From: an uncultured Acidobacteriota bacterium
Lineage (GTDB): Bacteria; Acidobacteriota; Vicinamibacteria; Fen-336
Direction: 5' to 3'
Assembly: GCA_963729875.1 (NCBI GenBank)
Contig: CAVSPR010000006.1
Location: 595,571 to 659,570, forward strand
DNA length: 64,000 nucleotides
Shown: positions 28,099-37,439 of the stretch, piece by piece
Position numbering within the stretch: the first letter of the stretch is position 1
Layout of the letters: the number at the start of each line of letters is the position of its first letter
Notes under the pieces: model-generated
The model's database searches: none
What the model saw: the letters and a program-made list of their open reading frames with translations, nothing else
What the model was told of the DNA's origin: nothing
Made by a program: the position numbers and the translations under genes

Positions 28099-30780
28099 GC
28101 TGCGCCCTCCGAGCAGCCGCGCAGCAGCTCGCGCGCCTTCTCGCGCAGCGCCTCCACGTCCCCGGGCTCGACGCCGCCGCCCTGGGCGAAGTCGGGCCGG
28201 CCGCCCCCGCGCAGGCCCAGCTGCTTCATGATCTCCGGGCGCCTTGACCTTGGCAGTGAGCGACGGTGGAGACCGCGGCGATCACGCTCACGCCGTCCTC
28301 CGCCGAGCGCGACGAGACCAGGGCGAAGCGGCGGTCCTGGTTGCGGTTGCGGAAGTCGTCCACGACCGCCGCGTGGGCCTTGCGGTCGAGGCCCTCGAAG
28401 CGCGGGGTCCAGACGATCGTCCCGGCGACCTCGGACCTGGTCGGCCTCGCCGCCGCCGGCGGGGCCACCCGCCGTCGCGAGCTTCATCTTGAGCGCCTGG
28501 ATCTCGCGCTCGCGGGCCTTGAGCTGGTCGCGCAGGCGCGCGTACTCGTCGACCAGCTCGCGGCGGTCGACGCGCGCCGCCTGCTCGAGCTCCTCCAGGA
28601 TGCCCTGGTCCTGCTGGGCCCGGTCGACCGCGGCCTCGCCCGGTGAGGGCCTCGACGCGGCGCGGTCCCGGCCGAGATGCCCTGCTCGGCGGTGAGCAGG
28701 AACAGGCCGATCTCGCCGGTCCGGCGGACGTGGGTGCCGCCGCAGAACTCCTTCGAGAAGCCCGGCACCTCGATCACGCGCACCCGCTCGCCGTACTTGT
28801 CGCCGAAGAACGCGAGGGCCCCGTAGGCGAGCGCCTCCTCGCGTCCCATGACTCCTGCGCCACCTGCTGGTCGCGCAGGATCTCCGCGTTGACGCGGTTC
28901 TCGATGTGCCGCTGCTCACGCGGGCCTACCCCCGCGTAGTGGCTGAAGTCGAAGCGCAGGCGGTCCGGGGCCACGAGGCTGCCGGCCTGCTTGACGTGCG
29001 GGCCCGAGCGTCTCGCGCAGCGCGGCGTTCAGCAGGTGGGTGGCGGTGTGGTGGCGCATGGCACCGGCGCGGCGGTCCGCGTCGACCTCGGCGCGCACCA
29101 CCATGCCCGGCTCGAAGCCCGCCGTGGGTGACCCGCACCTGGTGCACGTGGAGCCCCGGCAGCGGGCTCGTGGTGTCGGTGACCTCGGCCGCCGAGCCGT
29201 CGGAGGCGATGACGCCGCGGTCGCCGACCTGGCCGCCGGAGCTCGCGTAGAACGGCGTGCGGTCGAGGACGATCTGTCCCTCCTGCCCGGCGTCGATCCG
29301 GCGGGCGAGCGCGCCCTCGCGCAGGACGGCCAGGACCCGCGCCTCCTCGACGACGAGGCGGGTCGTAGCCGAGGAAGGCGGTCTTGCCGCCCTCCTCCGC
29401 GAGCGACACGTAGACGGGGTCGCCCTTGACCGCGCCCATCTTGCTGGACTGGCGGGCGCGCTCCTGCTGGGCCAGAAGCTCGCGCTCGAAGCCCTCCCCG
29501 TCGACCCGCAGCCCACGGTCCCGGGCCAGCTCCTCCGTGAAGTCGAGGGGGAGACCGTAGGTGTCGTAAAGGCGGAAGGCGTCGGCGCCCGGGATGAGCC
29601 CGCCCTCGGCGATGCCCCCCGCGACGTCGCGGAACACGGCGAACGCCTGCTTCAGGGTCGTGCCGAAGCGCTCCTCCTCGACCGCCACCACCCGCGAGAC
29701 CGCCTCCTCGTGAGAGACGAGCTCGGGGTAGGCCGCCTTCATCCGGGCCACGACGACGTGGGTCAGCTCGTTCAGGAAGGCGCCCTCGATCCCGAGCTTC
29801 TGCCCGTGGCGCATGGCGCGTCTCATGATCTTGCGCAGGACGTAGCCCCGGCCCTCGTTGCCGGGCAGCACGCCGTCGGCGATGAGGAAGGTCATGGCCC
29901 GGAGGTGGTCCGCCACCACGCGCAGGGACACGTCGTCGGCGGCGTCCTTGTCGTACGCCTTCCCGGCGCGACGCGCCACCGCGTCGAGCAGCGGCGTGAA
30001 GAGGTCGGTGTCGTAGTTGGAGCGCTTGCCCTGGACGACCGCGGCCACGCGCTCGAGGCCCATGCCGGTGTCGACGCAGGGGGCGGGGAGGGGGTTGAGC
30101 GTCCCTTGCTCGTCCCGGTCGTACTGCATGAACACGAGGTTCCAGACCTCGAGCCACCGGTCGCACTCGCACTCGACGCCCGCGCACGCCCGTCCCGCGG
30201 CCTCCTCGGCGCAGGGGACGTCGTCACCCTGGAAGAAGTGGATCTCGGAGCAGGGGCCGCAGGGACCGGTCTCGCCCATGGCCCAGAAGTTGTCCTTCAT
30301 CCCCAGCTCGAGGATGCGATCCGCGCTGACCTGCCCTCTCCAGAAGCCGTGGGCCTCCGCGTCGCGGGGGACGCCGCCTTCTCCCTGGAAGATCGTCACC
30401 TTCAGGCGGTCCTTCGGGATGGCCAGGTCGCGGGTGAGGAACTCCCAGCCGAAGGCGATGGCGTCCTTCTTGAAGTAGTCCCCGAAGGAGAAGTTCCCGA
30501 GCATCTCGAAGAACGTGTGGTGGCGCGCGGTCACCCCGACGTTCTCGAGATCGTTGTGCTTGCCCCCGGCCCGGACGCACTTCTGGGAGGAAGCGGCCCG
30601 CGTGTAGTCGCGCTTCTCCCGGCCCAGGAACACGTCCTTGAACTGGTTCATCCCCGCGTTGGCGAACAGGAGCGTGGGGTCGTTCTGGGGCACGAGGGGC
30701 GAGCTCTTCACCACCCGGTGCCCGCGCTCCTCGAAGTAGCGGAGGAACGCGCTGCGGATCTCGTCGGCCGTCTTCACCAT
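28091..30780 (-). pseudogene. alaS: Alanine--tRNA ligase; first about 473 codons intact, remainder multiply frameshifted as sequenced (probably artefact)
   Basis: N-terminal [21 protein letters not shown]...[11 protein letters not shown] is uninterrupted to ...GKTAFLGYD (about nt 29360). [65 protein letters not shown] and GGGRPDFAQGGG then occur in alternating frames. The exact 3' end is uncertain. Confidence 0.9.
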
Positions 30781-31355
30781 TCACTCCCGGGCCCGGCGGG
30801 CCCCGCCTTCGTCCCCGTCACTCGTGATCTCCCGCGGGCGTCCTCGAGGGGCTCGAGCCCCTCGAGGGCATCGGACCAGCGCGGCCAGAGGGCGAAGAGC
30901 CTCTCCCGCACCAACCCCGGCGCGAAGCCGCGCCGCAGCAGGAAGGCCCACAGGCGGGGCAGCCGGCGCTCGGGCTCCACTCGCGCGTTCTGCTTCCAGT
31001 AGCGCCGCGCCACGCCGTCGAGGACCGCCCGCTCGTCCACTTCCGCCGTAGCCCGCCGGATCCCCGCCTCCATCTCGCCCCGGCCCACCCCGCGCTGCCG
31101 GAGCGCCTGGCGGATCCGGAGCCGCCCGAGCCCGTGGTGGGCCAGCCGGCTCCGGGCGAAGCGCTCGGCGTAGCCCCGGTCGTCGAGCGTGCGCTCCCGC
31201 CGCAGGCGCTCGATGGCCGCCTCGACCTCTTCCGCCTCGTGCCCGCGGTCGAGCAGCGCCCGCCGCATCTCCGCCGCCGTGTGGTCCCGGCGGGCGAGGC
31301 GCAGGATCGCCCGGCGGTAGGCGGTGGGAGGGCTTGCCTCCGCTCGGCGGGGCAT
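30774..31355 (-). CDS. recX: Regulatory protein RecX
   Basis: 193 aa. [27 protein letters not shown]...[13 protein letters not shown] repeats typical of RecX. Its end overlaps the alaS start by 7 nt. Confidence 0.8.
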   Translation of the reverse strand: MPRRAEASPPTAYRRAILRLARRDHTAAEMRRALLDRGHEAEEVEAAIERLRRERTLDDRGYAERFARSRLAHHGLGRLRIRQALRQRGVGRGEMEAGIRRATAEVDERAVLDGVARRYWKQNARVEPERRLPRLWAFLLRRGFAPGLVRERLFALWPRWSDALEGLEPLEDARGRSRVTGTKAGPAGPGSEW

Positions 31356-31362
31356 GCCGCTC

Positions 31363-32496
31363 CTACTGCTCGAGGTCGAAGCTCTGCATCGTCCGCTCCA
31401 TCTCCTCGGCGGCCATGTCGGAGGCGGACTGGATGCCCTGGATCTTGAGCTTGAACTCGTCCGGGTTGCTGGCCCGGCGAAGGGCCTCGTCGTAGCTGAT
31501 CAGCTCCTTCTTGTAGAGCTGGAAGATCGACTGGTCGAAGGTCTGCATGCCGTACTGCGAGACGCCGGCCGCGATCGCCTCGTGGATCAGCTTGGTCTTG
31601 TCCTTGTTGATGATGCAGTCGCGGATGAAAGGGGTGGCGATCATGACCTCCACCGCGGGCACGCGGCCGTGGCCGTCCGCCCGGGGGATGAGGCGCATGG
31701 AGACGACCGCCTTCAGGACGCCCGCCAGCTGGAGCCGGATCTGCTTCTGCTGGTGGGGAGGGAAGACCGAGATGATGCGGTTGACCGTCTCCGTCGCGTC
31801 CAGGGTGTGGAGGGTGGAGAGGACCAGGTGGCCGGTCTCCGCCGCGGTGATCGCGGTCTCGATCGTCTCGTAGTCGCGCATCTCGCCGACCAGGATGACG
31901 TCGGGGTCCTGGCGCAGCGCGCTGCGCAGCGCGGCCGCGAACGAGCGGGTGTCCACCTCGACCTCGCGCTGGTTGACGATCGACTTCTTGTCGCGGTGGA
32001 GGAACTCGATCGGGTCCTCGATGGTGATGACGTGCTCGCATCGCTGCGAGTTGATGTAGTCGATCATCGCGGCCAGCGTCGTGGACTTGCCGGACCCCGT
32101 CGTCCCCGTGCAGAGGATGAGCCCGCGCTGCTCCTGCGAGATCTTCTCGAGCACCATCGGCAGCCCGAGCTCGCGCACGGTCATGATCTTGACCGGGATG
32201 ACGCGGAGCACGAGGCCCACCGTCCCGCGCTGCTGGAAGACGTTGCAGCGGAAGCGGCCGAGGCCGGGGACGGAGTACGCGATGTCGATCTCGAGGTTCT
32301 CCTTGAACTTCTGCTTCTGGCGGTTGCTCATGATGGAGAACGCCATGGCGATGGTGTCCTCCTGCATGAGGCGCTTGGTCTCCACCAGGGGGATGAGCTC
32401 CCCGTTGATGCGCAGGACGGGGTGCGATCCGACCTTCAGGTGGAGGTCGGAGGCCTTGCGCTCCGACGCCATCTTCAACAGATCGTTGATGTGCAT
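31363..32496 (-). CDS. pilT: Type IV pilus retraction ATPase PilT
   Basis: Start MHINDLLKMASERKASDLHL with GGGAGAG SD. Walker A GTTGSGKSTT, ILVGEMRD, GHLVLSTLHT. The track ORF start 32586 adds an Arg-rich extension. Confidence 0.9.
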   Translation of the reverse strand: MHINDLLKMASERKASDLHLKVGSHPVLRINGELIPLVETKRLMQEDTIAMAFSIMSNRQKQKFKENLEIDIAYSVPGLGRFRCNVFQQRGTVGLVLRVIPVKIMTVRELGLPMVLEKISQEQRGLILCTGTTGSGKSTTLAAMIDYINSQRCEHVITIEDPIEFLHRDKKSIVNQREVEVDTRSFAAALRSALRQDPDVILVGEMRDYETIETAITAAETGHLVLSTLHTLDATETVNRIISVFPPHQQKQIRLQLAGVLKAVVSMRLIPRADGHGRVPAVEVMIATPFIRDCIINKDKTKLIHEAIAAGVSQYGMQTFDQSIFQLYKKELISYDEALRRASNPDEFKLKIQGIQSASDMAAEEMERTMQSFDLEQ

Positions 32497-32522
32497 GTCG
32501 CTCTCCCGCCTCGCTTCCCGGG

Positions 32523-33473
32523 CTAGACCGCCACCGCGACGCCGGGCACGAACGTCAGCCAGGAGTGCTCGTCCTCGCTCCGGCACTCGATGACGTCGAA
32601 GAACGCCTTCTGCAGCGCCGCGGTGACCGGGCCGCGCGAGCCCGTCCCCACCTTCTGGCGGTCCACCGACCGGATGGGCGTGATCTCGGCGGCGGTGCCG
32701 GTGAAGAACAGCTCGTCCGCGAGGTAGAGCATCTCGCGGGGGAGTGCCTTCTCCTCGACGGGGATCGCGAGCCCCCGCGCCAGCGAGATCACCGAGTCCC
32801 GGGTGATTCCGGGAAGGACCGAGGAGACCAGGGGCGGCGTCACCAGGCGGCCCTTGACGACCGCGAAGAGGTTCTCACCGCTCCCCTCGGACACGAAGCC
32901 CGAGGAGTCGAGGGCGATGCCCTCGGCGAAGCCGCTCTTGACGGCCTCGACCTTGATGAGCTGGGAGTTCATGTAGTTGCCAGCGCTCTTGGCCATGGCG
33001 GGCAGCGTGTTCGGGGCCATGCGGGTCCAGGAGCTCACGCAGACGTCGACGCCCTGCTCGAGGGCTTCCTTGCCCAGGTACTTGCCCCAGTCCCAGACCA
33101 TGATCGCCAGCTCGACCGGGCTCCCGAGGGGGTTCACCCCGAGCTGCCCGGCCCCGCGGTAGGCCACGGGCCGTATGTAGCAGGCCTCGAGCTTGTTCGC
33201 GCGGACCGTCTCCAGGATCGCGGCGTTCACCTGGCCGGCGCTGTACGGCAGCTCCATCCAGTAGATCTTCGCGGAGTTGAAGAGCCGCTCGGTGTGGGCC
33301 TCGAGCCGGAACACGGCCGGGCCCTTCGGGGTCTTGTAGCAGCGTATGCCCTCGAACACCGCCGAGCCGTAGTGGATGACGTGCGAGCCGACGTGGATGC
33401 GAGCATCGTCCCAGGGGACGAGCTTCCCGCTCATCCAGATGAATTCCGAGCGCGGCGTTGCCGGGGTTGCCAT
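32523..33473 (-). CDS. ilvE: Branched-chain amino acid aminotransferase
   Basis: 316 aa uninterrupted. HVIHYGSAVFEGIRCY and ELFFTGTAAEITPIRSVD (class IV aminotransferase). Confidence 0.9.
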   Translation of the reverse strand: MATPATPRSEFIWMSGKLVPWDDARIHVGSHVIHYGSAVFEGIRCYKTPKGPAVFRLEAHTERLFNSAKIYWMELPYSAGQVNAAILETVRANKLEACYIRPVAYRGAGQLGVNPLGSPVELAIMVWDWGKYLGKEALEQGVDVCVSSWTRMAPNTLPAMAKSAGNYMNSQLIKVEAVKSGFAEGIALDSSGFVSEGSGENLFAVVKGRLVTPPLVSSVLPGITRDSVISLARGLAIPVEEKALPREMLYLADELFFTGTAAEITPIRSVDRQKVGTGSRGPVTAALQKAFFDVIECRSEDEHSWLTFVPGVAVAV

Positions 33474-33482
33474 AGACAGGCG

Positions 33483-33512
33483 ATTCTAGCTGCCGCGCGG
33501 CCAGACTGTCAA
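33483..33512 (-). promoter_or_regulatory. Sigma70-type promoter of ilvE, predicting a leaderless or near-leaderless mRNA
   Basis: Minus strand: TTGACA (33512-33507), 18-nt spacer, TAGAAT (33488-33483). The ATG begins 9 nt after the -10 and there is no SD. Confidence 0.55.
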
Positions 33513-33745
33513 CGAGTCGCCGCAGGGAAGTAGCTGAAACCTTTACATTTACGGCTGAGGCTATTGCGGGGGGTGTGGGGGGTGCAAGGCACCCCCCAAA
33601 TCAAAGGAAGCTCGAGACAGCCTGGCCGTTGCGGCGGCGCAGTGTCCCCGAGATGCTCCGCCTCTCGACGGCTCCTCTCTCGCTCTCCCCGGGGCCTTCC
33701 GACGACGAGACAAACCAAGCCGGCGGGCCCGGCTCTCCAGCGGAT

Positions 33746-33768
33746 CGAGGGGGCATCCCGCCCCCTCG
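33746..33768 (-). other. GC hairpin downstream of the Ser/Thr kinase gene
   Basis: CGAGGGGGC-5 nt-GCCCCCTCG (9 bp) about 60 nt after the kinase stop. No U-tract. Confidence 0.35.
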
Positions 33769-33828
33769 AGCACCCCGGTGCGTCCCTCGAGCTCCCCCGG
33801 GTTGCCGGGGACGGCCGACGCGGGGGGT

Positions 33829-34764
33829 CTACTGCTTCTCCCCGCAGAACGCGCAGGTCTCGCTGCGGGCGTGCAGGGGCTTGCGGCAGTGCCAGCAGAA
33901 GCCGCGCTTGGGCACCTCGCGCGCCCGCTGCCGGCGGCGGAAGTCGTCCATGAACGTCGCGTTGTGGTCGATCTCCCCCGCGGTGGCGAAATCGGCCAGC
34001 ATCTCACCGGCCGACTGGTAGCGCTCGCCGAGCTCAGGGTTGAGGGCGTTCATGACGATGTCCGAGACGTCGCGCGGCACCTGGCTGTTCCGCAGCTTCG
34101 GCGGCGTGCAGCGGCCCTGCGCCACCAGGCGCTCTATCTGGGCCGGGTTCGGGCTGAAGTAGGGCAGGGCGCCGGTGAGCATCTGGTAGAGCATCACGCC
34201 CACGGAGTAGATGTCGGAGGCGAGGACGGCGCGGCCCTGGAAGGCCTCCGGCGCCATGTACGGCGGGCTCCCGATGACCGTGGTGGCGTGCGAGCGCTCG
34301 AGCAGCCGCGACGTGCCGAAGTCGGCCACCTTGCACACGCCGCTCTCCGAGATGAGGACGTTGGCGGGCCGCAGGTCGCGGTGGATGATCTGCGCCTCGT
34401 GGGCGTGAGCGACGCCCTTGAGGATCTGCTTCGCGTACTCGATCGCCCGCCGCGTGTCGAGGGACTTCTCGCGGTCGAGGACGGCCTCCAGGCTCTCCCC
34501 CTTGACGTACTCCATCACGATGAAGAACGTGCCGTCGATCTTGTCGGCGGTGTGGATCGTGACGATATTCGGGTGATTGAGGGCGGCGAGCAGCCGCGGC
34601 TCGTGGCGCAGGTCGTCCATCTCCCCGCTCTGCCGGTGGGGCACCTTGATCGCGACCTTCTTGTCGATCATGGTGTCGAGGGCGAGGAAGACGGTGCCGA
34701 AGCCGCCGGAGCCCAGGTTCGCGAGGATCTTGTACTTTCCGACGGTCTCACCCAGGAGGAACAT
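33829..34764 (-). CDS. Ser/Thr protein kinase with C-terminal zinc-ribbon
   Basis: 311 aa from MFLLGETVGKYKI. GSGGFGTV, VAIK, HRDLRPANVLI, DFGTS, SPPYMAPE. C-terminus CWHCRKPLHARSETCAFCGEKQ. No TM segment. Confidence 0.85.
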   Translation of the reverse strand: MFLLGETVGKYKILANLGSGGFGTVFLALDTMIDKKVAIKVPHRQSGEMDDLRHEPRLLAALNHPNIVTIHTADKIDGTFFIVMEYVKGESLEAVLDREKSLDTRRAIEYAKQILKGVAHAHEAQIIHRDLRPANVLISESGVCKVADFGTSRLLERSHATTVIGSPPYMAPEAFQGRAVLASDIYSVGVMLYQMLTGALPYFSPNPAQIERLVAQGRCTPPKLRNSQVPRDVSDIVMNALNPELGERYQSAGEMLADFATAGEIDHNATFMDDFRRRQRAREVPKRGFCWHCRKPLHARSETCAFCGEKQ

Positions 34765-34843
34765 GAGGGCGGCGGGAGTATAGCAGGAGCGCCCGGGCGC
34801 CCGGTGGTTCCGATGGTTCATGCAAAGCCCCGGGCGCGGCCGG

Positions 34844-34849
34844 TAGAAT
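34844..34849 (+). promoter_or_regulatory. Candidate -10 box upstream of pta
   Basis: TAGAAT 27 nt upstream of the ATG, followed by GAGGAGAGG SD. The -35 is weak. Confidence 0.3.
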
Positions 34850-34875
34850 CCCGTGCTCGAGGAGAGGATCCGATC

Positions 34876-35847
34876 ATGGCCTTCATGGACGACGTCTACG
34901 CCGCGATCAAAGGGAAGGGCTGCCGGGTGATCTACCCGGAGGGCCAGGAGGAGCGCGCGATCCGCGCCGCCGGCTGGCTGCGCGACCAGGGGCTGCTCGT
35001 GCCGGTGCTGATCGGGCCCGACAACGGGGTGCGCGCGAAGGCGAAAGCGCTCGGCGTGGGCCTCGAGGGCATCGACGTGCGCGACCCGGCCTCCGACCCG
35101 AAGCGCGCGGCGTTCGAGGCCGAGTACCTCGAGCTGCGCCGCCACAAGGGCGTGACGCCGGAGCTCGCGCGGGAGCGGGTGGCCCTGCCGCACTACTTCG
35201 CCGCCCTCGCGGTGCGCTCCGGCGAGGCGTCGGGGTTCGTCTCCGGCCTCAACAGCGAGACCAAGCCCTTCATCCCGGCCTTCGAGATCGTCAAGATGCG
35301 CCCGGGGATGAAGCGCGCGTCCTCGGTGTTCGTCATGGCCTGGCCGGACCGGGTGTGGTTCTACGCGGACTGCTCGATGAACATCGCGCCCGACGCGGAG
35401 ACGCTCGCCGAGATCGGCCTGGCCAGCGCCCAGAGCGCGCGCGCGTTCGGCCACGAGCCGCGCGTCGCCTTCCTGTCCTTCTCCACCCGCGACTCGGCCA
35501 AGGACGCCTCGATCGACCGGGTGAAGGAGGCGGTCGGCCTCGTGCGCAAGGCCGAGCCGGGCCTGGCCGTGGACGGCGAGCTGCAGTTCGACGCGGCGAT
35601 CCTCCCCGAGGTCGCGAAGAAGAAGTGCCCGGACAGCCCGCTCGCCGGGCGAGCCAACGTTTTCGTCTTCCCGGACCTCAACTCCGGGAACATCGCGTAC
35701 AAGATCACGGAGCGGATCGGCGGCGCGCGCGCGATCGGGCCGGTCTTCCAGGGACTGAACAAGCCCGTCAACGACGTCTCGCGGGGCTGCTCCGTCCAGG
35801 ACTTCGCGGACGTCGCCGCCCTCACGGCGCGGCAGGGGCTCGGGTAG
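34876..35847 (+). CDS. pta: Phosphate acetyl/butyryltransferase family protein
   Basis: 323 aa. RVIYPEGQEERAIRAA, ADCSMNIAPDAETLAEI, VFPDLNSGNIAYKI, GPVFQGLNKPVNDVSRG. Confidence 0.85.
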   Translation: MAFMDDVYAAIKGKGCRVIYPEGQEERAIRAAGWLRDQGLLVPVLIGPDNGVRAKAKALGVGLEGIDVRDPASDPKRAAFEAEYLELRRHKGVTPELARERVALPHYFAALAVRSGEASGFVSGLNSETKPFIPAFEIVKMRPGMKRASSVFVMAWPDRVWFYADCSMNIAPDAETLAEIGLASAQSARAFGHEPRVAFLSFSTRDSAKDASIDRVKEAVGLVRKAEPGLAVDGELQFDAAILPEVAKKKCPDSPLAGRANVFVFPDLNSGNIAYKITERIGGARAIGPVFQGLNKPVNDVSRGCSVQDFADVAALTARQGLG

Positions 35848-35865
35848 GGGAGTGGGCGGGCCCCG

Positions 35866-36606
35866 TCAGGCCCGCAAGTCACCCCACAGGGCCTGGGCCA
35901 CCGAGACGGCCGCCACCGCCGCCGTCTCGGCCCTCAGGACGCGGGGGCCGAGCGAGACCGCGTCGAAGCCGGCCGTGCGCAGGTGCTCGGCCTCGGCGGC
36001 CTCGAAGCCGCCGGCCGGGCCCACGAGAAGGAGCAGCGGAGAGTGCGGCTCGAGCCGGAGGGAGGCGAGGGGCGGGTGCCCCGGCGTCTCGAGCAGGACG
36101 ACCCGCCTCCCCGTGAAGGGACGGGCGAGCAGGCCCTCGAGCGTCGTGGTCGGCGCCACGCGGGGGACCACGGCGCGGCCACACTGCTCGGCCGCCCCCG
36201 AGGCGACGCGCACCCAGCGCTCGCTGCGCGAGCCCTGCAGCGCCGGCCGCGCGGCGGCGTCCGTTCGAAACGTCACCACGGGCCAGATCTCCGCGACGCC
36301 GAGCTCCGTCGCCTTCTGCACGACGAGCTCCATCCGGTCCCCCTTGAGAGGCGAGACCGCGAGCACCAGCCGGAGGGGCGATTCGGGCCGGGGCGCGAGG
36401 GCTCCGCCCAGGCGGACCGACACCGTGCGCTTCGACACCTCGTCGAGAACGCCCTCGTACTCCCGGCCCTCCCCGTCGAACACGTGCACGGGGGCCCCCG
36501 CGCGCAGGCGCAGGACCTCGCGGGCGTGATGGGCGGCGTGCTCCGGGAGGTCGATGCGGGCCCCGGGCGCCGCGCTCGACACGTGGAATCGGGGAGGCGC
36601 GCTCAT
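35866..36606 (-). CDS. rsmE: 16S rRNA (uracil1498-N3)-methyltransferase RsmE
   Basis: 246 aa. RFHV...HHAREVLRLRAG, KGDRMELVVQKATELGV, LLVGPAGGF. ATG overlaps the prmA stop. Confidence 0.85.
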   Translation of the reverse strand: MSAPPRFHVSSAAPGARIDLPEHAAHHAREVLRLRAGAPVHVFDGEGREYEGVLDEVSKRTVSVRLGGALAPRPESPLRLVLAVSPLKGDRMELVVQKATELGVAEIWPVVTFRTDAAARPALQGSRSERWVRVASGAAEQCGRAVVPRVAPTTTLEGLLARPFTGRRVVLLETPGHPPLASLRLEPHSPLLLLVGPAGGFEAAEAEHLRTAGFDAVSLGPRVLRAETAAVAAVSVAQALWGDLRA

Positions 36607-37418
36607 GGTGCCGCCCCGTAGACGAGCGCGGCCCACTCCCCGTCGACGAGGATCGTCGGCTCGCCGCAGGGGGCGAAGGCGGCGCGGACATCCGGCACGT
36701 CCCCGGTGAGCAGTCCCGAGAGCACGAGCGCCCCGCCGGGGGCCATGAGAGAGCGGACCTCGTCCGCGCGGTCGACGAGCAGGAGCGCCATCAGGTTGGC
36801 CAGGATCAGGTCGAAGGACCCGGGCCGCAGCCCGCGCCCCCCGTCGGCGCGCGCGATCAGCAGCCGCGTGCCGTTCAAGGCCGCGTGGACGCGGGACGAT
36901 GCGACCGCTTCGGGGTCGGTGTCCGTGGCCAGGACCGGGGACGCCCCCAGCCGGGCGGCCGCCACGGCCAGGAGGCCGGTTCCCGCCCCGAGGTCGAGGG
37001 TGCGTCCCAGTGGGCGTTGCGCGGCGAGACGCTCGAGGGCGGCGAGGCAGAGGCGGGTCGTTTCGTGCGTGCCGGTCCCGAAGGCGCGACCGGGGTCCAC
37101 CACGAGGGTGTCCGGGGATCCTCCGGGAGGCACCTCCCAGGCGGGCGCGACGAGCCACCGTCCGGCCCGGAAGGCCCGGAAGCCCTCACGGAATCGCGCC
37201 ACCCAGTCCACCTCCGGGACAGGGATGGGCGCGACAACCGCCCCCGACGGGAGGGCCGCGGCGAGCAGGGACGGCGCCTCGTCCGGGAAGTAGGCGAGGA
37301 GCTCCACGCCGCCCGCGGGAGCCTCTCGCACCTCGATCCCCGACGTCCCGGATTCCCAGAGCGCCGCGGTGGCGGCGTCTTCGTCGGCGGGGGAGACGGT
37401 CACGCGAAAGGCGCGCAT
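36603..37418 (-). CDS. prmA: Ribosomal protein L11 methyltransferase
   Basis: 271 aa. PGRAFGTGTHETTRLCL and LDLGAGTGLLAVAAARLGA SAM-binding motif. Confidence 0.85.
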   Translation of the reverse strand: MRAFRVTVSPADEDAATAALWESGTSGIEVREAPAGGVELLAYFPDEAPSLLAAALPSGAVVAPIPVPEVDWVARFREGFRAFRAGRWLVAPAWEVPPGGSPDTLVVDPGRAFGTGTHETTRLCLAALERLAAQRPLGRTLDLGAGTGLLAVAAARLGASPVLATDTDPEAVASSRVHAALNGTRLLIARADGGRGLRPGSFDLILANLMALLLVDRADEVRSLMAPGGALVLSGLLTGDVPDVRAAFAPCGEPTILVDGEWAALVYGAAP

Positions 37419-37439
37419 CCGGAGGATCCTGCCTCGCCC

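Noticed and set aside
30774-32496. recX lacking its usual upstream recA (pilT sits there instead), considered as a rearrangement signal.
   Set aside because: recA-recX linkage is common but not universal. There are no remnants of recA or mobile-element scars in the 8-nt gap. This is not informative on its own.
33566-33590. G-runs (GGGGGG TGT GGGGGG) considered as a G-quadruplex element.
   Set aside because: There are only two long G-runs. The second pairs with a downstream C-run to form an ordinary hairpin. This is insufficient for a four-tract quadruplex call.
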